Source: Sedimentisphaerales bacterium
Lineage (GTDB): Bacteria > Planctomycetota > Phycisphaerae > Sedimentisphaerales > SM23-30
Direction of reading: 5' to 3'
Length of the DNA stretch: 17,045 bases
NCBI GenBank assembly: GCA_016930295.1
Contig: JAFGHE010000234.1
Coordinates: 1 to 17,045, forward strand
The notes beneath the pieces were generated by a model, which saw only the letters and a program-made list of their open reading frames with translations, made no database searches and was not told the origin of the DNA. Each line of letters opens with the position of its first letter. The stretch's first letter is position 1. Positions 1 to 7,391 of this stretch are shown in pieces. The position numbers and the translations under genes were made by a program.

Positions 1-1818
1 CCGGCTCCCGTGGATCCGATATTATCAGCCGTAATATTGCCGATATCAACCGCACTGAATGCCACCGTACCACCGCCATTACCTAAGTTGGCCGTGCCGG
101 TCGTATTGGTCACGCTAATCGTTCCTATATTACCGGTATCCGCGGTTCCGCCGGCATCCGCCGTAAAGGCAATCGCCCCGGCTCCACCGACACTCCCGGT
201 CACCGCAATATTACCCATATCATCATTGGCCGAGAATGTGATCGTGGCCCCTGCCACTCCCGCAGCCACATTTCCGGTAACCGTAATGTTACCCATGGAC
301 CCGGTATCCGTGCCACCGGCCGCACTGAACACAATATCACCGGCCGCACCAGTCACTGTCTGAATGGCCGCCGATGAGGTAATCGTGCCAATGCTTTCAC
401 CCTGGAAGGTTATATCACCGGCATCATTAGTGCCGGCAACCGTAATACCCGCCAGCGATACATTACCCAGTGTGCCACTGGTTGAACCAATCGTTACGGC
501 GCCTAATACTGCAGCCGCGTCATTGGTAATCAACCCGGTCGCGGTAAATCCGTTCATATCACCCGTACCCGCCGGCTGAATGGTAATATCACTGTCACCC
601 GTACCGTCATTATCTAAGGTGGATACGGATACCAGACCACCAAAACTACCGTTGCCGCTGGTGGTTACCGTAATATCACCGGCGCCGGCGCCTGTGATAC
701 TAATCGCACCCAGGCTTACTGTGGAACTGAATCCACTCTGGCCGCCGTCGAGAAGCAAATCATGATCCCCGCCGTCCGAGATGGTGACACCGCCAATCGA
801 TACGGCGCCCACACCATCAGCCGTGCCGGCATTCTGATCAAAATCAATATCGACGCCGCCCGTGGCAGCGCCACTTATGGTAATGCCGTTGGTCACTGTC
901 AGGCTGGTCGCGCCGTCGGCATCAATAACAATTCCTCCCGCACCACCGGTTACCTGAAGCGAACCAAATGATAACGCTCCCACACCGGTGCCGGCGTCAA
1001 GGTCCAAATTAAATGTAATACCAGCGGCACCTGTGGCAATCACATCACCGGCCCAGGTGATTCCCGTGGTAACTTCCGTTGCCTGAATTAAGGAATCTTC
1101 CGCCATGTCCACGCTCGCATCATTGGAGACAAGTGCCGTCAGTGTTCCAGAGGTGGCCCCGGCTAAAACGTGAATTGCAACTGCCAAGCCTGAGTGTCCG
1201 GTAGCCAAAGCAGGCAGCGTTATGGTTCCAATCCCGGCCGTAGCGTCAGCCGTGGGATCATCACCATCAGCCTGTAAAGGGGCGTCACCAGTAATACTGG
1301 TGGCGATCTGATCCTCGCAGGTACCTACGGCTACACCGTCCACATTGAATGTGGCCCAGTCCGCGTCACCACCGGCATCGCCGGCAGCAGGGGCGCCAAT
1401 ATCATATCCCGCCGCAATCACCAGTGTTAATGAAGTGGTACCCGTCGGTACGTCATACGTACTCAGGTCAATATTGCCGATACCTACATTTGAAACAATG
1501 ACAATCACTTCAGCTGCGCCATCCAGGGCAGATCCCAGGGTAATATTGGGCACTAAATCATCAGCAATATCCGTAACGGAAATGTCTTGCGTACTGCTGT
1601 TACCCAACATTAAAATACCGTCGGTATCATCCCAGGTGTTGGCTGCGCCGCCCGTTACATCCCACGTGACATATTCGTTTGCTGCCACTGCCTGGGCGGG
1701 TGCGATCCTTTCCTCTAATTCCTCAACCTTCAGTCGCGTGCCGAATCGACTAATTCGGCCATTGTGTAAGTACTGTTTTCGTGCTCTTTTAATGAGTTTG
1801 CGGAGCCCATTAGCCATG
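1..1818 (-). CDS. Giant secreted repeat protein, N-terminal 606 codons (partial; the C-terminus lies beyond the window start). It is Gly/Thr/Ala/Asp-rich with degenerate ~22-28 aa repeats carrying GNIxVTG / GGxGxI and FxxN/FxxD motifs, so it is Pmp-like or a parallel beta-helix adhesin-type surface protein.
   Basis: Translating the reverse strand from ATG (rc of cat at 1816-1818) by eye, I found an open frame with no stop from 1818 down to about 560 (the first ~420 codons, the only part I translated). That the frame stays open to position 1 is inferred from the ORF track listing no minus-strand start-to-stop ORF anywhere in 1-1818. An SD AAGGAGA lies 7 nt upstream. The N-terminus reads MANGLRKLIKRARKQYLHNGRISRFGTRLKVEELEERIAPAQAVAANEY, which is an Arg-rich leader followed by an xLxxEELEERIAP motif. 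It continues with repeats such as MGNITVTGNVAAGVAGATITFSANDDMGNIAVTGSVGGAGAIAFTAD. All of the + strand ORFs listed in 10-1872 are the antisense shadow of this gene (PVTV/PATP runs). Confidence 0.8.
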
Positions 1819-1838
1819 ATACTTATCTCCTTTCGCAG

Positions 1839-1879
1839 CGGTTCGTCGTTTTCAACTCATTACGTTTTATAACGAACCG
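1839..1879 (-). promoter_or_regulatory. Stem-loop in the 5' leader of the giant repeat gene. The arms are CGGTTCGT and ACGAACCG with a 25-nt loop.
   Basis: An 8-bp perfect inverted repeat at 1839-1846 / 1872-1879. It lies 21-60 nt upstream of the start codon at 1818, just 5' of the SD. Confidence 0.35.
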
Positions 1880-1956
1880 TAAACTAATAACTCGTTATTT
1901 TCAGTATTATTATTACTGTTTTAACCCCAAAGTTTTTATGTCCGCTCTATCTAATC

Positions 1957-2003
1957 CGGCCGGCTTTTTTGCCACAGCAGCCGCTGCCGGTTTATTTTTG
2001 CCT
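1957..2003 (+). terminator. Two tandem terminator-like elements oriented on the + strand: CCGGCCGG followed by T6, then GCAGC-C-GCTGC followed by CGGTTTATTTTTG.
   Basis: GC-rich short palindromes immediately followed by T runs, at 1957-1970 and 1976-2003. No + strand gene lies upstream. The stems are short, so folding is uncertain. Confidence 0.3.
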
Positions 2004-2954
2004 CATACAAATGTCCTCCAAATATACATTTCATTACTCTAATTGTCTGCTATTTATACGGATAACGTTGAATTTTTCAAGAAATTATCAGAATTTTTTT
2101 TTTATTATACTACATTTTTTTTTAAAAATGCCATTCTCACAACCTCCCTGTTAATAAAATACACATATACACAAGCTCTCTGCCGAACTGCCTTTAGCTC
2201 AATATTACTACTATATACCTCAATTTACCACAGAATCAAGAGCTAAAGAAAAAACATCTTCTCAAAATGCAGAAGGAAAACACGCCATCACTGCATAATT
2301 TAAGGTCCCGAAGGATATGAATCGCCCCGAATCTCTCCCTCTAACCTTGATTATCACTATTATTAAACGGCAATCCTTCGCCTGAAACCATATCTCCTTC
2401 AATTATTTTTAAATATATGTTTATCGTCACAACACCATATTCTCGACCGCTTTTCCCGCAGTCTTAAAATAATTCTTACGCAATTCTCATAATACAAATG
2501 CTTTACTTGATATATCCATCTCAAGAATAACATATGTAATCTAAACAATACTGATATAACGGCAGAACAGCCCTAATCTGCCGCAAAACGTGTTTATATA
2601 TATTGTTTGTTAATGGGTGTTTCTAACGCTGAAAATATTAATTGTCAACAATAATTTTTAACTTTTTTTTAAAATCCACCGCATTTTTAGCCAAAAATCG
2701 TAACTTAAGACTTCTGAATTACCTTCCCTTTCATATACATAATAAAGACTTTCGCCCGCCATTACGAGTATTTTTTACATCATTATGTCACTTGCCTGAT
2801 CCTATCACAAACAACAATCACTACAACTTCTTTATTTACAATAGGTTATGCATCGCATTCGCAATGCGGGCCGCAGGAAATCCAGATGCCACCGGTAATA
2901 GGAACCATATTTTATAGATATTTCTATGACAATTTTTCTATTTCAGGTAAGAAA

Positions 2955-2987
2955 GACCGTGTTGATTTCAGATATCAACCCGGTCTC
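2955..2987. promoter_or_regulatory. A 13-nt-arm inverted repeat (AGACCGTGTTGAT ... ATCAACCCGGTCT, one mismatch, 7-nt loop). It is a candidate terminator of the DUF3467 gene on the minus strand, or a protein binding site.
   Basis: Read directly from the sequence. On the minus strand it is followed by CTTTCTTACC (weakly U-rich). It lies about 170 nt downstream of the stop at 3155. Confidence 0.3.
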
Positions 2988-3154
2988 AAAATTTAAATAC
3001 TGCCTGTTTCAATAGTACTAAAGGCCCTCATCTATAAACAACTCCAGAAAAAAACATCTTCCTGACGAGACTTCTTTCTAAAGAATCACATATCTTATTG
3101 TTATATTGCGTCATTAGGCGGCTACCAGACTAATAATGCCCCGCGGAAACAACC

Positions 3155-3538
3155 CTATTTCGAACCACCAGCCGCAGGAGCTCCGGCAGTCAGGCGACGT
3201 TGCACATTAAGCTCAATGACACCAAAATTCTGCTCATGACGCATAATCGTCTGCTGAAGTGCGGCAAAAAGCCGTTTGGCCGTAAAATAGTTCAAAACCA
3301 GTCTCTGGGACACTTTAACCGTCTGATCCTCACGCGAGAATGGATTCGGATTCAGGGCAAAATCGATGATTAGTTCCTCAGGTGAGCCGGTTACACGGCA
3401 GAAATTCGTATACGCCGCATTCACTTCCGAATCATCTAAAGTAATCCGAATCTGTCTGCCTTCACCGCCCTCGCCAGCAGGAGCAGGTTTTTCGGTTACT
3501 TTACCTTCATTTTCAGCTTTATTCTTGTCGTCCGGCAT
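3155..3538 (-). CDS. Small conserved protein of unknown function, DUF3467-like (127 aa).
   Basis: ATG start with an AAGGAAG SD 6 nt upstream. The core reads VNAAYTNFCRVTGSPEELIIDFALNP ... TAKRLFAALQQTIMRHEQNFGVIEL. This matches the YxNxxxVxxSxxEFVxDF ... AKRLxxAL ... FGxI pattern I recall for DUF3467. The N-terminus is acidic, Lys/Glu-rich and disordered. Confidence 0.7.
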   Translation of the reverse strand: MPDDKNKAENEGKVTEKPAPAGEGGEGRQIRITLDDSEVNAAYTNFCRVTGSPEELIIDFALNPNPFSREDQTVKVSQRLVLNYFTAKRLFAALQQTIMRHEQNFGVIELNVQRRLTAGAPAAGGSK

Positions 3539-3788
3539 AAAATCTTCCTTTCATTATCAAAATATACTTTCTAAAGAAAAAACTGGTAATACCAAAACAG
3601 GGCGGACCTCAAGGCCGGCCCCAGCCGTAAAACATTACATCATTAAACAGACCCTTCATGCTGTCAAGTAATTTTTAAATGGGAAAAAACAAAAAGCACA
3701 AATTTTGTACCCGACCAGATGATAATTTCCTCAAAGAAACATGCCAGAGAACATCCGATCCATCTGCAACTAGATTTTAGTGTTAGAG

Positions 3789-4295
3789 TTAGATACAATT
3801 TGATCTGATAACTACAGAGGCATTCAGATCAAACGGATTCTTTCGCACAGCCAGCGAAAACAGATACGGATAATTGGTCTTTAAATATTTGAGATAATCC
3901 ACCCATTGCTGCACCAGTCTCAAATACACCCGCTGGATGTCCTTGGACAGATGCTCGTAATCTTCCGGGGTCGAGTCTTCAATTGTATCACGCGCCGCCA
4001 GTTCCTCGGTCAGATGAAACACCGCACGTAAAAGCTCCGTAAACGATTCATGCTCCAGAACATTGGGATTCTCCAGCAACCGCAAAAGCTGGTCGTTATA
4101 CGTAGAGAGCAGCTCACGCAAGACCACCAGGTGCGCGATATCACCCAGAAGAAAAATAAAAATATGACGAGAATCATGGAAAATCGCATAATGCACCGCA
4201 TAAAAAATATCGATAAAAAAAGTGGAAATATCCCCGATTTTCCGTGACGACTTAATAATCTCATAACCTGTCCGCTCTTTCAAATCACATATCAA
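3789..4295 (-). CDS. Hypothetical protein (168 aa). It is probably translationally coupled to the upstream MscS gene. The ORF contains no internal Met and would have to use the TTG at 4295.
   Basis: A protein-like, helical, non-repetitive translation (…SFTELLRAVFHLTEELAARDTIEDSTPEDYEHLSKDIQRVYLRLVQQWVDYLKYL…). It lies 19 nt downstream of the MscS stop on the same strand. No ATG is available in frame, and the SD is weak (GGGATAGG). Confidence 0.45.
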   Translation of the reverse strand: MICDLKERTGYEIIKSSRKIGDISTFFIDIFYAVHYAIFHDSRHIFIFLLGDIAHLVVLRELLSTYNDQLLRLLENPNVLEHESFTELLRAVFHLTEELAARDTIEDSTPEDYEHLSKDIQRVYLRLVQQWVDYLKYLKTNYPYLFSLAVRKNPFDLNASVVIRSNCI

Positions 4296-4314
4296 ATTGA
4301 AAAACCTATCCCAT

Positions 4315-5517
4315 TCAATCGTCCTCTTTCTTCACATACAACGTCTGCGTCGGAAACGCAAACTCAATCCCTTCCGCTTCGAAACCACGCATAATCGCCA
4401 GATTAATCCGCTCATTGGTCTGCTGGAAATCCCAGTAATTCGGCGGCGTGAACCAGTAAAGGACCAGGATATTCAGCGACCACTCATTGAATTCATTAAA
4501 AAAGACCCGAGGCGCCAGGTCCGCATCGCGATTCACCTCTTCCGTATGGGCTAATACATCTTTAATAATCTGCACCGCCTTTTCCACCTTATCCGACGGA
4601 GTGTCATACGTTATGGTAATATTGGCCACGCGTTTGATATAGGGCCGGCGCGCAATATTTTCTATCTTTTCATTGGCCACCATGCTGTTGGGGATACTTA
4701 CCTGATGCCCGTCGAGCGTGCGAATACGGGTACTGCGAAACCCGACATCTTCAACCGGCCCGTCAAAACCGCCAATTTTAATCCGTTCTCCAATCTGAAA
4801 CGGACGGTCCACAAAAATGTTGATCGAGCCAAAAAAATTAGCGATCGTCTCCTTGGCCGCCAACGCAAAGGCCAGGCCGCCAACACCCGCCGCCGCCAGC
4901 AGAGGACCAATCTTAAGCTTGAGAATATTATCCGCAATAAACAGACTCGCGACTATCGCTATAAAGATACGCAGGGTCTTACGGATAACCGGCACAAACA
5001 TATCGTCCAGCGTGGATTTTGTCCGGCTGGTCCATACCTTGAGATAATATTCCAGAATATCAACCATACGATATAGAAAATAAGAGACCGCTATCGCCAG
5101 AATAGCCTTGCTGATCTGGCCCCATAGCATAAAGACCCGAGAAGAAAATCCCGGCTCACCGGCTATATCCTGTAAGTTAAATTTGAGCGTAAAACGGGCG
5201 ACATAAAATCCCACGGCAAATACGGCTATTCCCACCGGAGAAGCCATGGACCGCAGAAATAACTCTAAAAGCTTGGACTCAACTTTTTTCTCCAGACGCT
5301 TCGAAAAAAACTCGACCATCGCCCGAGCGATACGGGCCGCCAGGACCCCCAGAAAAATAACCGCCAACAACGCGCCAAATCGCCATAGCTCATTGCCGGC
5401 TAAAAAATAATCCGCCCATCCCTTAATATCTATTCCTTGAGGGCCCACTTCAGGTGCACCCCCTTCCACAGCCTGGACAAAAAACATACTTAATCTCGAT
5501 AAAATTGATGACATCAT
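4315..5517 (-). CDS. mscS: Small-conductance mechanosensitive channel, MscS family (400 aa).
   Basis: Several predicted TM helices are followed by the MscS signature region GVGGLAFALAAKETIANFFGSINIFVDRPFQIGERIKIGGFDGPVEDVGFRSTRIRTLDGHQVSIPNSMV and a C-terminal alpha/beta domain. Confidence 0.9.
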   Translation of the reverse strand: MMSSILSRLSMFFVQAVEGGAPEVGPQGIDIKGWADYFLAGNELWRFGALLAVIFLGVLAARIARAMVEFFSKRLEKKVESKLLELFLRSMASPVGIAVFAVGFYVARFTLKFNLQDIAGEPGFSSRVFMLWGQISKAILAIAVSYFLYRMVDILEYYLKVWTSRTKSTLDDMFVPVIRKTLRIFIAIVASLFIADNILKLKIGPLLAAAGVGGLAFALAAKETIANFFGSINIFVDRPFQIGERIKIGGFDGPVEDVGFRSTRIRTLDGHQVSIPNSMVANEKIENIARRPYIKRVANITITYDTPSDKVEKAVQIIKDVLAHTEEVNRDADLAPRVFFNEFNEWSLNILVLYWFTPPNYWDFQQTNERINLAIMRGFEAEGIEFAFPTQTLYVKKEDD

Positions 5518-5587
5518 TATTTTTACACCTTCACTCTAAAAAATTACGCTACGAGCTAAACATCATATTTTCACTTTAACTGTGTAC

Positions 5588-5606
5588 CACGGCCGTATCG
5601 GCCGTG
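5588..5606. promoter_or_regulatory. A very stable GC hairpin (CACGGCCG-TAT-CGGCCGTG, 8-bp perfect stem) in the divergent mscS / signal peptidase intergenic region.
   Basis: Read directly from the sequence. There is no flanking U-tract on either strand, so it is not a canonical terminator. It sits about 70 nt upstream of the mscS start and about 160 nt upstream of the signal peptidase start. Confidence 0.3.
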
Positions 5607-5763
5607 CCAAACGACTGCTATTAAAATAAACCTCTTATTTGCAAATTCAAACACTTGGGACTTGACTCCTTAAGCAACTCCCGTTAGGGTATTCATTCTA
5701 AATATTTATTGAGGGTAAACCGAATCTTACTCCGGTAAACCCTGCTTATTGGAAAGATTATAT

Positions 5764-7269
5764 ATGTTCGAGAGCTCAATGACAAGCCAGGATACCGAAA
5801 TCAGTGCTCTTCATTCCATAAAAGAAACCCTGGAATCGCTGGTCATCGCTTTTATCCTGGCGTTTGTGTTCCGCGCTTTTATTGTCGAGGCCTTTGTAAT
5901 ACCGACCGGCAGCATGGCCGACACGCTCCGCGGGGCCCATTTTAACCTGACCTGTCAGGAATGCACTCATAACTATAATTTCGGATTCAATCCGGAACAA
6001 CACGGTTTTCCCAAGGGATATATTCCTCCAAAACCAATTCCGGTCCTGTCTAAAAAACTAAGAGCCGGTGACGGTCCCATTTGTCCGGACTGTGGCACAC
6101 CCGTCAATAACACCTACCCTCGCTATGTCAATAACGGCGATAGAATACTGGTATTAAAATATGTATATCAGTTTTATGAACCCAAACGATGGGATGTAGT
6201 GGTTTTTAAAAATCCCACCGAACCCAGAGATAATTTTATCAAAAGACTTATTGGGCGGCCCGAAGAGACCGTCGAGATTATTGATGGAGATATCTTCATT
6301 AACGGAAATATCAGCAGAAAACCCGATTATATACAGGATATCCTATGGATCGAGTGCTTTAACTTCGATTATCAGCCCGAACTGCCACGTACTCATACTA
6401 ATTATCATGGCCCCTGGCCACAACCCTTCCATCCAGACCAGGGCTCGGAAGAATCCTGGCAAATTGATCAAAAAACACACCAGATCACTTTTAACGCCTC
6501 TGAAGAGCCCAAAAAACTGGATTTTAACCGTCAGCGACTCTTAAATATTTTAACGTTTTGCTTCTATAACGGCACCAGCCGTGCAAATGACTTTACGGCC
6601 AGTGACATGAAACTTTCAGCCGTTTTAAACCCCCTGGGCTCAAATGGTTTATTCATTATCCAGTTAGGTAAATATGGCCGTACCTACAGCGGCATCATCA
6701 ATTTTAATGGTGAATGCCTTATCCAGGACGATACGACCGGCCAGATACGTGCCCAAAAACAATTTACACTTCCCACTCAGGGAAAACCCGTGGAAATATC
6801 ATTTGCCAATGTTGATCACCATCTGGAAATTCAGGTGGGGAAACTTAAACTTTCCTGGGACGGCCCCAGTGAACCGGCCGATTGGGATTATAAGCCCGAT
6901 CGTAATATTCAATTATTCCCGTCCGTTACCCTGACAGGTCAGGGGGATTCCTTTACCCTGCAACACATCCGACTATACCGTGATGTGCATTATACTAATT
7001 CCAATGGCATACAGTATCGTAGAGGGACTGAGGGCAACCCATTTACCCTGGGTAAAGACCAATTCTTTGTACTCGGTGATAACAGCCCTATGAGCCATGA
7101 TTCCCGCTTCTGGGAACCTCCGGCAAATGACTTATACCGGGCAGGTACCGTACCCCGGGATTACCTCATTGGAAAAGCATTTTTCGTCTACTGGCCCAGC
7201 GGCTATAGACCCAGGGAAAACTTCTTCCCCATCATCCCCAACGTCGGCGAAATGAGATTAATTCACTGA
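5764..7269 (+). CDS. lepB: Signal peptidase I (S26 family), atypically long (501 aa). It has a Cys4 zinc-ribbon-like insertion and a roughly 230-aa insertion between boxes D and E.
   Basis: ATG at 5764 with a GGAAAG SD 7 nt upstream (the ORF track extends to a TTG at 5749). All S26 boxes are present. There is an N-terminal TM segment, then box [11 protein letters not shown] (Ser nucleophile), box [10 protein letters not shown], box [14 protein letters not shown] (Lys), and box [22 protein letters not shown] ... [16 protein letters not shown]. The insertion reads [11 protein letters not shown]...(40 aa)...[10 protein letters not shown], i.e. CxxC...CxxC. Confidence 0.85.
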   Translation: MFESSMTSQDTEISALHSIKETLESLVIAFILAFVFRAFIVEAFVIPTGSMADTLRGAHFNLTCQECTHNYNFGFNPEQHGFPKGYIPPKPIPVLSKKLRAGDGPICPDCGTPVNNTYPRYVNNGDRILVLKYVYQFYEPKRWDVVVFKNPTEPRDNFIKRLIGRPEETVEIIDGDIFINGNISRKPDYIQDILWIECFNFDYQPELPRTHTNYHGPWPQPFHPDQGSEESWQIDQKTHQITFNASEEPKKLDFNRQRLLNILTFCFYNGTSRANDFTASDMKLSAVLNPLGSNGLFIIQLGKYGRTYSGIINFNGECLIQDDTTGQIRAQKQFTLPTQGKPVEISFANVDHHLEIQVGKLKLSWDGPSEPADWDYKPDRNIQLFPSVTLTGQGDSFTLQHIRLYRDVHYTNSNGIQYRRGTEGNPFTLGKDQFFVLGDNSPMSHDSRFWEPPANDLYRAGTVPRDYLIGKAFFVYWPSGYRPRENFFPIIPNVGEMRLIH

Positions 7270-7354
7270 TTGTAACTAAGATGCCACCGTTAAAAGTGGA
7301 TATTGGCATTTAAAATCGTTGTTTTTAATCCAGAAACAACCGTTCGAAATACTT

Positions 7355-7370
7355 TTGACGCTAGCGTCAA
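7355..7370. promoter_or_regulatory. A perfect 16-bp palindrome, TTGACGCTAGCGTCAA, between the convergent ends of lepB and the acidic lipoprotein gene. A GTTGTTT-N9-AAACAAC hairpin lies nearby at 7318-7340.
   Basis: Read directly from the sequence and the reverse complement is identical. It could be a weak bidirectional terminator or a dimeric regulator site. No clean U-tract follows. Confidence 0.3.
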
Positions 7371-7391
7371 CTAAGGATCCCTGAAAAAAAT

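Noticed and set aside
10-1872. Five + strand ORFs (10-363, 364-579, 580-765, 762-971, 1345-1872) with Pro/Val/Thr-rich translations.
   Set aside because: They are the antisense shadow of the giant Gly/Thr/Ala-rich repeat gene on the minus strand. The GGT/GCC/ACC-rich DNA is open in several frames. The minus-strand frame has an SD, an ATG and a coherent repeat architecture.
1969-2917. ORFs 1969-2154, 2043-2246 and 2642-2917 in the AT-rich island.
   Set aside because: Their translations are low-complexity Phe/Ile/Asn/Tyr-rich sequences typical of random AT-rich DNA. They have no SD, and they overlap one another.
3075-3581. An exact 12-bp direct repeat CTTTCTAAAGAA at ~3075-3086 and ~3567-3578 flanking the DUF3467 gene, and AAAAACATCTTC at ~2248 and ~3050. 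These raised the possibility of target-site duplications of a small inserted element.
   Set aside because: In about 2 kb of roughly 30% GC DNA a chance 12-mer recurrence is not improbable. There are no terminal inverted repeats and no transposase or integrase, and the enclosed gene has a normal SD and promoter context.
3366-4554. ORFs 3366-3671 (+), 4010-4264 (-), 4050-4247 (+) and 4297-4554 (+).
   Set aside because: They overlap, antisense or out of frame, the DUF3467, hypothetical and MscS genes. They have no RBS, and the competing frames have clear family signatures.
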